DNA from: an uncultured Gammaproteobacteria bacterium
Lineage (GTDB): Bacteria > Patescibacteriota > Microgenomatia > UBA8517
Direction of reading: 5' to 3'
Assembly (NCBI GenBank): GCA_964427735.1
Contig: CAYRUS010000001.1
Location: 356,747 to 420,746 of the forward strand
Length of the DNA stretch: 64,000 nucleotides
Under the pieces are notes generated by a model. The model did no database searches, had not been told where the DNA came from, and saw only the letters and a list, made by a program, of their open reading frames with translations. A program made the position numbers and the translations under genes. This document shows positions 19,001 through 29,464 of the stretch, in pieces (within the stretch, counting starts at the first letter, position 1; each line of letters starts with the position of its first letter).

Positions 19001-20479
19001 TTATTTGAAGCTTTTTTTGATTTCTCTTCTGGCAGCGGCTGTCACTACAAACTCCAGCCAATCGCGATTAATTTGTCTTTTTTCTCTTGACTTAACTATC
19101 TCCACAACATTTCCACTCGAGAGTTTATAATTCAGCGGAACTATTTTCCCATTCACTTTAGCTGCTTTTATATATTTCCCTAATCCCGTATGAACAGTAT
19201 AAGCTAAATCAACCGGTGTGGCTCCCTTTGGCAAATCATAAACATCTCCTTTAGGGGTAAAAACAAATATTCTCTCTTTGAAGGCGTCAAATTTTACTGC
19301 ATTTAAAAACTCATCTGAGTCTTTTAATTCTTTTTGCCAAGCAACAAGCTGCTTTACCCAATTCAACTTTTCTTTTTTTACTTTTACCCCTTCTTCTTCT
19401 AGTTTATCTTCGGATATTCCTTTTGATTTTTCTTCAGAATAAGCCCAATGAGCTGCTACCCCGTGTTCCGCTTCCTGGTGCATTTTCTCGGTTCTAATTT
19501 GAACCTCGACAATTCTTCCATTTGGACCAAATACTTTTGTGTGTATAGATCTGTAACCGTTTGGCTTTGGTTGTGCAATAAAATCAGATATTCCTATACT
19601 TGGTACTGGTTTATACAAGTCATGAACAATCCCTAAAGCAACATAACACTCTGGCGTCTCATTTACTATAATCCTTAAAGCTACTATATCGTGGATTTTT
19701 TCAAACTCACCACTAATTCCTGGTCGTTCAAGCTTTTTCCAAAGCGAATAAATATGTTTTTTCCTTCCATGGATATTTGCTCTTATTCCTTCTGCTGCAA
19801 GTTTTTTTAGAATGGCTCTTCGTAATTTTTTTATATGCTCCTCTGCTTTTTTGTAATACTTAGCTGATTCTTTTTTAACTTTTCGATATTCTTTTGGGTA
19901 AAGATATGGAAAAGCCAAGTCTTCTAAATTGCCTTTAACCTCTCCAATGCCAAGGCGCTCTGCCAAAGGCGCATAAATTTCCATTGTCTCCAAAGCATTA
20001 TCTAGTTGCTTTTCTTCAGGTAATGCCCATAGAGTTTGCATATTGTGAAGTCTGTCTGCCATTTTAATTAGGACTACACGTACGTCTTTTGCCATGACCA
20101 ATAGCATTTTGCGCAAGTTTTCGACATAAGTCTTTTCTTTGCTTCCGCGAAGTCTGTACTCTGTAATTTTTTTTACACCTTTTACCAGTTTTACAACGTC
20201 TTTATCAAATTCCTTTTTCAGCTCTGACTCTGTCAAACCACCTTCTTGGATTGTGTCATGGAGTAAAGCTGCCATTATGGTGTTTTTATCTAACTTCCAA
20301 TGTGCAACTATTCTGGCAACTTTAAGTGCATGTTGAGCAACAGGCTTACCCGATAATCTTTTTTGGTTTTTGTGTACTTTTTGGGCATACTCCCAGGCAT
20401 GGGTAATTTCTTCAATATCTTTTGAACCAACGTCGTTACCCTTCAAAGTAACAACCAATTTTTCAAAATCTTTTTCCAT
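19001..20479 (-). CDS. RelA/SpoT-family (p)ppGpp synthetase/hydrolase, C-terminally short (HD-SYNTH-TGS)
   Basis: ADRLHNM, GRKKHIYS, PKPNGYRSIHT, EVQIRT, TGS VFTPKG; ends at 492 aa. Confidence 0.92.
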   Translation of the reverse strand: MEKDFEKLVVTLKGNDVGSKDIEEITHAWEYAQKVHKNQKRLSGKPVAQHALKVARIVAHWKLDKNTIMAALLHDTIQEGGLTESELKKEFDKDVVKLVKGVKKITEYRLRGSKEKTYVENLRKMLLVMAKDVRVVLIKMADRLHNMQTLWALPEEKQLDNALETMEIYAPLAERLGIGEVKGNLEDLAFPYLYPKEYRKVKKESAKYYKKAEEHIKKLRRAILKKLAAEGIRANIHGRKKHIYSLWKKLERPGISGEFEKIHDIVALRIIVNETPECYVALGIVHDLYKPVPSIGISDFIAQPKPNGYRSIHTKVFGPNGRIVEVQIRTEKMHQEAEHGVAAHWAYSEEKSKGISEDKLEEEGVKVKKEKLNWVKQLVAWQKELKDSDEFLNAVKFDAFKERIFVFTPKGDVYDLPKGATPVDLAYTVHTGLGKYIKAAKVNGKIVPLNYKLSSGNVVEIVKSREKRQINRDWLEFVVTAAARREIKKSFK

Positions 20480-20480
20480 A

Positions 20481-22139
20481 TCAGCCCGATATCTTAATAT
20501 CTTTTATTTTAAGCTGTAAACTCCTTGCTCCGTTAAACAAGTTTTCCTCTAATGAGTATGCAATATCAACAACTGCATCCTTTTTAAGGGTAGCTGACAT
20601 CTCTCCAAAATTAAATGCAATTGCTTCCATTGGAAAACTATTTTGCCAAAGCACTAACTTTAGATGTTTCTTTTCTTGTCCTACAGATCTTGATTCTAAA
20701 ATTCTGACTTTTGTGGATGAAAAAGTAGGTGATGGATTACCTAAACCAACTGGTTCAAATATCTTCAAAGCCGTTTCTAATTCCCAGTTTAATTGACTAA
20801 AGTCCAAATTTATATCAATCTTTAATTCTCTTGAAAGTATTTCGCTTGTTATCATCTTATTGCAAACTAATGTAAATTCTTCAATAAATTTATCCAAGTT
20901 GCTTGTTTTGATTGTAAATCCCGCTGCCATCGTGTGGCCCCCTCCTTGTTCTATAATTCCATTTAACTGCCTAATCGCTTCAATTATATTGAAACCAGAA
21001 ATTGATCTAGCAGAGGCTTTAGAGATATCTTTTCCCTTCGTGATTACAATAGAGGGTCTGTAAAATTCTTCAACTAATCGAGAAGCTGCTAAACCTATTA
21101 TTCCTTCGTGGTAATCTTCATTAGCAATTATTATTGGTCCATTATCAGTTAATACTACGTTTTCTCTTGCATGAAGTACCACTTCTTCAACAACACTTTG
21201 GCGTTCTTTATTTGTTTTGGAAAGCAAATACGAGAGTTCTCTTGCTTTGTTTTCTGACTTTGTACACAAAAGCCTTAAAGAGTCCATCGCGTGCTTCATT
21301 CTGCCCATTGCGTTTAATCTAGGAGCAATCATAAATCCAATATGATAAGCGTTTAATTTGTCTTTTTGGAATCCTGAGTCATTGTATAGCGCATCTAACC
21401 CTGGACGTGTACTTTTCCTAAGTTCCTTTATACCAAACTTTGCAAAACTCCTATTCACACCAACAAGCGGCATCATATCTGAAACAGTACCAATAGCAGC
21501 TAATTCCAATCCATTATTTACTTTTTCCTCTTTTGAAAAAGCTCTATATATCTCACGCGCAACTATCCATGCTAAAGCTGAACCACTAACTTTTGTTGTG
21601 TGAACAACTGAATATGCTTCAGGTGGATATTCACCAATCTGATGATGGTCTGTCACGATTACATCAATCCCCAGATTTTGTATTTTTTCAATTTCCTTAT
21701 TTGCAACTATTCCATTATCAACAGTTATAATTAAAGAAATTTTCTTATCATTTTTATTTAAATTTTTTACACTCTTAAAATTTATTCCATATCCTTCACT
21801 AAATCTATTAGGCAAATATGGTAAAGCTTCAATCTTTAATAAATACAAACACTCCCATAAAATTGCTGTTGCAGTAACTCCATCAGCATCATAATCTCCG
21901 TAAATAATAACTCTTTCACCTTTTTCTTTTGCAGCTTTAATTCTTTCTATTAGTTTAAGAATTTGTTTTTTGTTAATATCTAAAGCTCCCAAAGAAATAT
22001 CCTTAGGGTGGGTGGGGTTAGTAAACTCACTCTTCTCAGATTCACTTACCAAGCCTCGATTTGTAAGTAAAGTATCCACAATTTCCTCTGTGGTTAGCTT
22101 TGGATTATCTTTTTTCTCTGATAATATTTTCCAATTCAT
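20481..22139 (-). CDS. recJ: ssDNA exonuclease RecJ
   Basis: GDYDADG, TVDNG, TDHH, PRLNAMGR, GGHTMAAG. Confidence 0.96.
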   Translation of the reverse strand: MNWKILSEKKDNPKLTTEEIVDTLLTNRGLVSESEKSEFTNPTHPKDISLGALDINKKQILKLIERIKAAKEKGERVIIYGDYDADGVTATAILWECLYLLKIEALPYLPNRFSEGYGINFKSVKNLNKNDKKISLIITVDNGIVANKEIEKIQNLGIDVIVTDHHQIGEYPPEAYSVVHTTKVSGSALAWIVAREIYRAFSKEEKVNNGLELAAIGTVSDMMPLVGVNRSFAKFGIKELRKSTRPGLDALYNDSGFQKDKLNAYHIGFMIAPRLNAMGRMKHAMDSLRLLCTKSENKARELSYLLSKTNKERQSVVEEVVLHARENVVLTDNGPIIIANEDYHEGIIGLAASRLVEEFYRPSIVITKGKDISKASARSISGFNIIEAIRQLNGIIEQGGGHTMAAGFTIKTSNLDKFIEEFTLVCNKMITSEILSRELKIDINLDFSQLNWELETALKIFEPVGLGNPSPTFSSTKVRILESRSVGQEKKHLKLVLWQNSFPMEAIAFNFGEMSATLKKDAVVDIAYSLEENLFNGARSLQLKIKDIKISG

Positions 22140-22187
22140 AATAAATTTGTCTAATCAATGACTACACTCTATCGTATAATAGAAACA

Positions 22188-23561
22188 ATGGAAATAGCAT
22201 TAGATGATTTTGTAATAGAAATTATTAAAACTTTTGAACAATCCAACTATGAAATATATATTGTTGGCGGTGCTGTTAGGGATATTTTAACAGGCCGACC
22301 AGTCTATGATTGGGACTTTACTACAAATGCAAGACCAGAGCAAATACTTGAACTTTTTCCAGATAATAGTTTTTACGATAACAAATTTGGAACCGTGGGT
22401 ATATCGCACGAATCAAGCCCAAAACCTTATGAAATCACGACATATCGCACCGAGTATGGATATTCAGACTCAAGACGACCAGACAAAGTAGAGTGGGGAA
22501 ATTCGCTAGAAGAAGATTTAAAAAGACGCGACTTCACTATAAACGCTATGGCTTTGAAACCATCATCAACTAAACCGCAGAAAGATGGTAAATATACAGT
22601 AGAATTGATTGACCCCCACAATGGTCAAGAAGATCTAAATAATAAATTAATTAGGGCAGTTGGAAATATCAATGAACGTTTTAGAGAAGATGCACTAAGA
22701 ATGATGAGAGCAATCAGGTTTGCGGCTGAATTAGGATTCACGATAGAAGAAAACACATTTAAAGCTATTCAAGAAGATGCTGACTTAATAAACAAAATTG
22801 CTAAAGAAAGAATTAAAATAGAACTCATGAAAATTCTAGGATCAGCAAATCCTTATGAGGGAATGGTTATGTTTAGAGAATCGGGTTTAATGAAAGAAAT
22901 TCTTCCTGAGCTAGAAGCAACTTTTGGAGTAGAACAAAAGTCACCAGGTAGACATCATATTTATGATGTAGGTACACATAGCCTTCTTTCACTCAAACAT
23001 TGCCCAAGCAAAGACCCAATAGTACGTTTTGCCTGCCTAATCCATGATATTGGTAAACCACAAACCTTCAAAAAATTAGAAAGCGGAACAATTACTTTTT
23101 ATAATCACGAAGTTGTAGGAGCTAAAATTGCCAGAAGAATTGCAAACCGGTTGAGATTCTCCAAAAAAGAAACCGAAAAGCTAGTAAAACTCGTGCGGTG
23201 GCATCAATTTACAGTAGACGAAGATCAGAGTGATAAATCTATCAGGAGGTTTATAAAAAGAGTTGGAAAGGAAAATATTCAAGATATGTTAGACCTGAGG
23301 ACAGGGGACAGGCTAGGTAGTGGGGCAAGAGAAACGTCATGGAGGACAGAAGAATTTAAACAAAGATTGATAGAAGTTCAAAAGCAGCCTTTTAGTATTA
23401 AAGACCTTAAAGTTACAGGTAATGATGTAATGGAAATACTGGAGATTAAACCTGGTCCGAAAGTCGGGGAAATTTTAAATAATATTTTTGAAGAAGTAGA
23501 GGATAATAAGTTACCAAATGAAAGGGAGGCATTAATTGAAAAAATAAAGGAATTGAAGTAA
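22188..23561 (+). CDS. cca: CCA-adding tRNA nucleotidyltransferase with HD domain
   Basis: VGGAVRD, DWDFTT, RRDFTINA, EDALRMMRA, HD domain; start at MEIAL after TATAAT. Confidence 0.88.
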   Translation: MEIALDDFVIEIIKTFEQSNYEIYIVGGAVRDILTGRPVYDWDFTTNARPEQILELFPDNSFYDNKFGTVGISHESSPKPYEITTYRTEYGYSDSRRPDKVEWGNSLEEDLKRRDFTINAMALKPSSTKPQKDGKYTVELIDPHNGQEDLNNKLIRAVGNINERFREDALRMMRAIRFAAELGFTIEENTFKAIQEDADLINKIAKERIKIELMKILGSANPYEGMVMFRESGLMKEILPELEATFGVEQKSPGRHHIYDVGTHSLLSLKHCPSKDPIVRFACLIHDIGKPQTFKKLESGTITFYNHEVVGAKIARRIANRLRFSKKETEKLVKLVRWHQFTVDEDQSDKSIRRFIKRVGKENIQDMLDLRTGDRLGSGARETSWRTEEFKQRLIEVQKQPFSIKDLKVTGNDVMEILEIKPGPKVGEILNNIFEEVEDNKLPNEREALIEKIKELK

Positions 23562-23563
23562 GT

Positions 23564-24160
23564 ATGGAAGATTATTCAATCGATATTTTTCAGATCAACC
23601 CCTCAAAAGAAAGAGTATTTCAATCAATTCTAAACTTGTCAACTTATCATGAGGGACAAAAAGTCACATTAGATGAGCTCATTTTTGAAAATGGAGTTAT
23701 GTTGGATTTAGGCTGTGGTAGTGGAGAAATAGGATTGTTATTATCAAAAAGAAAGCAAGCCGCAAAACTTTTCCAGGCAGATATACAGGATAGAAGAGAA
23801 AGTGTTGCAAAGACAGACTCTTTTATTAAACTTCCCAGGAATATCCCTCCTGAATTTCAGGACAAACTTTTCGGTTCAATTGATACAATTTTACTAGTAG
23901 ATGTCCTGGACAAAGTAGGCTACTCTCATTTGACCAAACAGGAATCTCAAGTAATCTTACTTAAAACTTTACACGAACTGTTAAGTGAAAATGGGAAAAT
24001 TATAGTTATATCTCAGAGGGAGTCAAATGTTCATAGCTTGCAAACAAGCCAGATCATCGAGCAAGTAATGCAATATGAGAAGTTAAGACCAGTGGTAGCC
24101 TTTTTCCCAAATCCTATATCAGAAAGTCAAAGTCTAAAAGAAAAAATAAAATTAGGTTAA
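23564..24160 (+). CDS. class I SAM-dependent methyltransferase-like protein
   Basis: MLDLGCGSG motif I. Confidence 0.65.
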   Translation: MEDYSIDIFQINPSKERVFQSILNLSTYHEGQKVTLDELIFENGVMLDLGCGSGEIGLLLSKRKQAAKLFQADIQDRRESVAKTDSFIKLPRNIPPEFQDKLFGSIDTILLVDVLDKVGYSHLTKQESQVILLKTLHELLSENGKIIVISQRESNVHSLQTSQIIEQVMQYEKLRPVVAFFPNPISESQSLKEKIKLG

Positions 24161-24163
24161 TTG

Positions 24164-25081
24164 TTATTTTTTAAATGGAAGTAATAATTTAGGTCTTAAA
24201 GCTATATCCTTTTCTTTAACTTTATTAATTGCCTCTTTAATTGTCACCAATAGTGGAACTGCCACAAAGGGAGAAGAGTATGTCCCCAATATTGTTCCAA
24301 TTAATAATGCAGTTGCAAACCAGCGAATCGAAACTCCCCCCATAAGCACTAAAGCAACAAGCATAAAAATAATAGTAAATGAGTTATTTAGAGATCTTAC
24401 CATTGTCTCTGATACTGCTCTGTTAGCAAGATACTCTATACTACCTCCTTCTTTTTTCTGAAGTTCTCTAATCCTGTCAAAAACGACAATAGTGTCATGA
24501 ACAGAAAAAGATAAAGTAGTTAAAAGAGCAGTAACGAACAGAAAATCAATTTCAGCTCCAAAAAAGTAGCCAAGATAAGCAAAGGATCCGATCAAAATAA
24601 AACTATCATGAAACATCGCAAGTACAGCGGCAGTACCAAAAACTAAGCTTTTGAACTGATAAGCAATCCATAAAAGTATTGCGATAGAAGCAATGGCTAT
24701 TGCATTAGTAGTTTTCTTTATTAGCTCTGGTCCTACGGTTGGGCCAACAGTCTCAACGCTAAGTCTTTCAGTGTTTTTGTCACTTAAATTATTAATTTTA
24801 GAATCCATTTTATTTACGGCTTCAGTATCTAAAACTTCGGTGTATATAAAATATGTATTCTCTGACGACTTCTGGACTTTTTGGACAACTATGCCTTCTT
24901 CTTCTAAGGCAGTTGTGATATTTTCGGTTGAGGTTTCTCCTTCAATTCGGTACTCAAGTACTGTACCTCCGCTAAAATCTACTCCTAAATTTAATCCCCA
25001 TTTAAGTAAACCAAATGCACTTAAAGCAATTAAAATTGCGGAAAACAAGAAATATACGTATTTGTATTTATTCCAATTCAT
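24164..25081 (-). CDS. secF: protein translocase subunit SecF
   Basis: LGVDFSGG, VGPTVG, DTIVVFDRIRE, GTYSS. Confidence 0.96.
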   Translation of the reverse strand: MNWNKYKYVYFLFSAILIALSAFGLLKWGLNLGVDFSGGTVLEYRIEGETSTENITTALEEEGIVVQKVQKSSENTYFIYTEVLDTEAVNKMDSKINNLSDKNTERLSVETVGPTVGPELIKKTTNAIAIASIAILLWIAYQFKSLVFGTAAVLAMFHDSFILIGSFAYLGYFFGAEIDFLFVTALLTTLSFSVHDTIVVFDRIRELQKKEGGSIEYLANRAVSETMVRSLNNSFTIIFMLVALVLMGGVSIRWFATALLIGTILGTYSSPFVAVPLLVTIKEAINKVKEKDIALRPKLLLPFKK

Positions 25082-25083
25082 AA

Positions 25084-26415
25084 TTATCTTCTCACAAAAA
25101 CCCTTAACAAATTTCGTGATACAAAAACACCTGTAAAAATACTAATTAAAATTCCCAATGCTAATGTTATAGCAAAACCTCGCACAGGTCCTGACGTATG
25201 CAAAAAAGACCAATCCAGTGGATTAGCCAAGATAAACGCCGTAACAAGAGTCGCAATATTCGCATCTCTAATTGAATCCCATGCCCTTCCAAACGAAACT
25301 TCTAGCGCATCAGCATATGGACGAAACTGCTTTTCTTCTTTGAATCGTTCAAAGATGAGAATATTAGCATCAACTGCCATACCAACAGATAGTAAAAATC
25401 CTGCAATTCCCGGCAACGTGAGAACAATTGGAATCAATTTATATAAAGAAAGTGTTATAACTCCAAATATAATAAGTCCTACGCAAGCAATCAATCCCAA
25501 TCCTCCATAAGACAGTATCATAAACAACAAAACCATAATAAGACCAATTAGTCCTGCTCTGATACTTTTTTCAACTGAATCTGCTCCTAATGCGGCTCCT
25601 ACAGTTCTTTGTTCCACCAAATCAATAGACAAGGGAAGCGCTCCTGCGTTTAACTGAATGGTCAATTCCTTTGCTTCCTCAGTTGTAAAATCACCGCTGA
25701 TAAGTGCGGGACCACCTGTAATTTTCTCCTGAACAACAGGAGCAGACACTACTTGTCCATCAAGAAATATAACCAGGGGCTTGCCTATATTCTTTTCTGT
25801 TAAGTTTGCAAATTTTTCTGTTCCTTCTTCTGTAAAATCTATTGATACAGCAGGTCTTCCTGTTGTTGGATCAAATATTACATTTGCACTTTTTAAATCA
25901 GAACCAGTCAAATCAGTATTTACAAAACCTGAGTCTTCCTCACTATCTGACTCAGATATCTCAGAAAAAACAAGCTGTGCTGTTGTTCCAATTAAATTAA
26001 CAGCTTCTTGAGGATCATTAATTCCTGGAAGTTCCACAATGATTCTCTTTTTACCTTCAAATGAAGAGGTTTGAACATTAGGTTCAGAAACACCAAATAA
26101 GTTAACTCTTCTCTCAATTACATTTCTTGCTGATTCAACTGCAATGTCTACCTCTTCAGCGGGAATTCCTGAGGTGTTCGCTTCAAATACTAAATGACTG
26201 CCTCCAGCTAAATCTAAACCTAATGCTAAGTCAAACTTTTTATTAATATTTAGTTTTCCTTTTTGAATTACTAAATCAGGTCTGACAATTTGTTTACTAA
26301 TTTCCTTTCCCGCAAAAGAGAAATTAAGAGGAATCGTTTTAGGCATACTTATAATTGCAGCTAGTATGCTAATCGTGACAATAATAATAAAATTTCTTAA
26401 TATTTTTTTCTCCAT
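25084..26415 (-). CDS. secD: protein translocase subunit SecD
   Basis: LGLDLAGG, RVNLFGVSEP, GALP, VDANILIFER. Confidence 0.96.
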   Translation of the reverse strand: MEKKILRNFIIIVTISILAAIISMPKTIPLNFSFAGKEISKQIVRPDLVIQKGKLNINKKFDLALGLDLAGGSHLVFEANTSGIPAEEVDIAVESARNVIERRVNLFGVSEPNVQTSSFEGKKRIIVELPGINDPQEAVNLIGTTAQLVFSEISESDSEEDSGFVNTDLTGSDLKSANVIFDPTTGRPAVSIDFTEEGTEKFANLTEKNIGKPLVIFLDGQVVSAPVVQEKITGGPALISGDFTTEEAKELTIQLNAGALPLSIDLVEQRTVGAALGADSVEKSIRAGLIGLIMVLLFMILSYGGLGLIACVGLIIFGVITLSLYKLIPIVLTLPGIAGFLLSVGMAVDANILIFERFKEEKQFRPYADALEVSFGRAWDSIRDANIATLVTAFILANPLDWSFLHTSGPVRGFAITLALGILISIFTGVFVSRNLLRVFVRR

Positions 26416-26419
26416 AAAA

Positions 26420-27004
26420 TCAACTTACCAGAGATTCTTCGTCACCAATAATCATCACCCTACTTTCGGCAAAAATGGAGAGTAAAAACGGATCTCTTCT
26501 TTTTTTCCTAAACTCAAACTCTTCACGACTCATTACTGTGTAGTTAATCTCGTGCTTTCTCTTTGATTCTTCTTTACTTATGTAAGTAGATAGTTCGGGT
26601 AAAATTACATCTCCTACAACCAATATATCGACATCGTCTTCTCTTTTTCTTTCTATTCTTCTTACGAATCTACCTGAAAACATTACAAAATTAATTCTCC
26701 CGATTTTTTTCCTGTTCTGTATTATATCTAACCCTATACCCACTGATTTTGCTGCAATTGATAAAAAATCACAAAAAAAAGGATAGTCTGGCCTCGCCCA
26801 GTAGTATACTCTATTGCCTCTTTTTTCCTTTTTTATAACACCTGCTACCTCGAGGTTATTTAATTCTCTTCGAACTGCATTTATTTCAACACCAATTTTC
26901 CTGCAAACACCACGAACATGATACATTTCAGTTATATCTGAGTAAAACAACTCTATTAGTTTGGCTCGTACTTTTGAAGTGGTAATGTCTGAAAAATCCG
27001 GCAT
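26420..27004 (-). CDS. winged-helix plus nucleotidyltransferase-like domain protein
   Basis: wHTH (HVRGVCRKIG...VRRELNNLE) then SGRF...DDVDILVVG. Confidence 0.7.
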   Translation of the reverse strand: MPDFSDITTSKVRAKLIELFYSDITEMYHVRGVCRKIGVEINAVRRELNNLEVAGVIKKEKRGNRVYYWARPDYPFFCDFLSIAAKSVGIGLDIIQNRKKIGRINFVMFSGRFVRRIERKREDDVDILVVGDVILPELSTYISKEESKRKHEINYTVMSREEFEFRKKRRDPFLLSIFAESRVMIIGDEESLVS

Positions 27005-27031
27005 TATATTTATACAAAGGCAGGACTTTTT

Positions 27032-28249
27032 TTAATAATCTACTTTGTTCCCATCGGGAAGAGCTTCAATCCAGGTTACTCCGCGAACAAACTCAATCTC
27101 CCTGCCTTGATTATCGTAAAATATAGTTCTTGCCGATTGGTTGGTTTTCTCCCATGTTCCTGTTACAACATCTCCATTTTGAAACAATATCATGTCACCT
27201 TTTGATATCACATTATAGAACATATGCTTTTCCTCATCTACAGGACCTCGCTCTTCAACAAATTGTATTACTATATTTTTTGCTGTAAGTTGTTCATCTG
27301 TATCCATATCTATATGAGGTTGATTTCCATGATATCTCTTATAGCTATTTGAGGCACTGTCGTACTCCCAAGTAACATCATAATTAGGCATGCCATTCCA
27401 GAACATAAATGATATTCTTGAAGCTTTTGGGTTCGCCATTGGACTCTCATCTTTAAATTTCCATTTTCTAAAATTTTCAATCCAAGCTTCTCCGTCTGCA
27501 TTTTCATATCCGAAGCCTCTCTCAGCACCTACTTCATACAGTTTATCTGTTGATCCCATAAATGTATGCTCAGTTGCAGCTCCTGGAATCCTTTCATAAT
27601 CTCTCCAAACTTCAGGGAAACCAACATTAGCTCCTGCATCAAGAGCATTTCCTTTAGCATGACGCCATCCTAGATTTATTAATTCTTCTAATGCCAAAAC
27701 TTCCTTTGCTACTTTTCCTTTCTCTTTAACTCCTCCTGGGCAGTTACCACAAATGTTATTTGCTCCTCCTGCGTGCAAATACAAAGGGGAGTCATATTCA
27801 GATGCCCAATTTATAAAGTATATTCGAGCACTTCTTATTGGACCAATTCTTACATCTTTGTCAGCAGCATCACAATAAAAAACAGAAGCAAAGCGTGTTA
27901 TTCCTCCTTCAGCCACTGCCTCATAGATAATATCTGCTTGGGAAAGTCCTGATTGAGGTCTTGAATCCAAATGATTCTCAATCATTGCTACAAGTGGTCT
28001 TCTTTGCTCCCAGATAGCTTCTTCTGCTTTCGTAAACATATCTCCGTTAGTTGGACATTCCTGCGTTTTTGGAGCATCTGAGATTTGCGAACGGGCATCT
28101 GCAAGATCTCCATTAAATGCAAACCCAGGATCCTGCCTAATAAATGAAAACAATGCAAGACTTATTCCAGCAGATAGCAGATACAACCCCAAAAATCCTG
28201 CAAAATACATGAATTTGGAAGATGAAAATATTTTTGATAGGTTATTCAT
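27032..28249 (-). CDS. DUF3048 (YerB-like) family membrane-anchored protein
   Basis: RPLVAMIEN, RPQSGL, AEGGITR, IGPIRSAR. Confidence 0.85.
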   Translation of the reverse strand: MNNLSKIFSSSKFMYFAGFLGLYLLSAGISLALFSFIRQDPGFAFNGDLADARSQISDAPKTQECPTNGDMFTKAEEAIWEQRRPLVAMIENHLDSRPQSGLSQADIIYEAVAEGGITRFASVFYCDAADKDVRIGPIRSARIYFINWASEYDSPLYLHAGGANNICGNCPGGVKEKGKVAKEVLALEELINLGWRHAKGNALDAGANVGFPEVWRDYERIPGAATEHTFMGSTDKLYEVGAERGFGYENADGEAWIENFRKWKFKDESPMANPKASRISFMFWNGMPNYDVTWEYDSASNSYKRYHGNQPHIDMDTDEQLTAKNIVIQFVEERGPVDEEKHMFYNVISKGDMILFQNGDVVTGTWEKTNQSARTIFYDNQGREIEFVRGVTWIEALPDGNKVDY

Positions 28250-28251
28250 AT

Positions 28252-28698
28252 TTATATTGCTTTATCAATTGCTTGCTGCTCTTCTTTACTCAATTCTAAA
28301 TTACTTTTTCCGGCTTTTACATCTTTTATGTATATTCTGGTTCTCTCTCGTGTGTGTAAACAAGTAATTAGTACTCCAGTCAATTTGCCATCTAATAATG
28401 ATAATGTAAAGCTGTGATCTCCACCTGTTTCCGCAAAAGGATTATATCTCACAAGTCCAACCTTTTGTATGTGATTCTCTGTACGATTCTCCAGTGATAC
28501 AAGCCTTTTAAGCAGCAACTTTTGATCTTGGTAGTTTTTGTCGCCTTTTTTGATTGCTTCGTTTAATACCGTTATAAAGCCTTTCTTATTAGTATCTTTT
28601 GAAAGCTTTCTTATTGTTGAAAATATATACAAAAGTATACCAGTTACTACGACTAACCAAACAAATACAATTATTAAAGAAACTGCGTATAAAGACAT
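28252..28698 (-). CDS. DUF4446 family protein
   Basis: TM and coiled coil, then QKVGLVRYNPF...GGDHSF...LSKEE. Confidence 0.8.
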   Translation of the reverse strand: MSLYAVSLIIVFVWLVVVTGILLYIFSTIRKLSKDTNKKGFITVLNEAIKKGDKNYQDQKLLLKRLVSLENRTENHIQKVGLVRYNPFAETGGDHSFTLSLLDGKLTGVLITCLHTRERTRIYIKDVKAGKSNLELSKEEQQAIDKAI

Positions 28699-28936
28699 AT
28701 ATAGACTTTTTTCATTGTAAATTTTACTAACTAATTAGTAAAGGAAACAAAATGCTCAATTATTGTACTCAGATTACTTTCAGCATGTCAACACTTAGGT
28801 ATTAAACTTTTTTCCTCAACTTACCTATAAACGATAATTATTATTCTAAAATTTAATGACACGACAAAACCTTACAGACCTAACTTTACTTATGTTAATC
28901 GATTTTATAAAAACAATATAGTATCATTGGTTTCAA

Positions 28937-29209
28937 ATGGCAAAAAAAAGCAAAAAAAGTGTACGCCATCCATTCCTCGTAAATTGGGATGAAATCAACA
29001 AAGAAAGCACTAATAACAAGCCTGTCAAGAGGAAAATTAAAAATTCTCCTATAAAAAATGCAAATAATACAAAAACCCCTAAAAAAACCATAAAACTGGA
29101 CAATCTAAACAGTTCAGCCTCAATCAAGCGTGAGGTTTTAAAAAGCCTTATGTTTGCCTCAGTAATTCTCGCACTAGAATTGGTGATATACTTTAGCTTG
29201 CAGGCATGA
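28937..29209 (+). CDS. small basic protein with C-terminal TM
   Basis: Lys-rich N-terminus, hydrophobic C-terminus. Confidence 0.6.
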   Translation: MAKKSKKSVRHPFLVNWDEINKESTNNKPVKRKIKNSPIKNANNTKTPKKTIKLDNLNSSASIKREVLKSLMFASVILALELVIYFSLQA

Positions 29210-29251
29210 GATTAAAAATTGTCTGCCTATTTGAAGGGGGTGAGTTTATAA

Positions 29252-29392
29252 ATGATGTACTGTGTTAAATGCCGCGACAAAAGAGAAGGCAAGAACAAAG
29301 AAGAGGTTACTATGAAAAATGGTAAACCTGCTACAAAAGCTGTTTGTGAAGTTTGTGGCACAACAATGTTTAAGATCGGTAAAGCAAAATAA
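29252..29392 (+). CDS. 46-aa zinc-ribbon microprotein (DUF5679-like), missing from the ORF track
   Basis: MMYCVKCRDKREGKNKEEVTMKNGKPATKAVCEVCGTTMFKIGKAK; SD GAAGGGGGTGAG; terminator follows. Confidence 0.88.
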   Translation: MMYCVKCRDKREGKNKEEVTMKNGKPATKAVCEVCGTTMFKIGKAK

Positions 29393-29409
29393 CCGATTTA
29401 AGCAAAAAT

Positions 29410-29448
29410 ACACAAAAGGGAAATCTGCGTTAGCAGATCCTTTTGTGT
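29410..29448 (+). terminator. intrinsic terminator-like hairpin
   Basis: ACACAAAAGG..ATCTGC-gtta-GCAGAT-CCTTTTGTGT. Confidence 0.65.
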
Positions 29449-29464
29449 GTTATGAACAATAATT

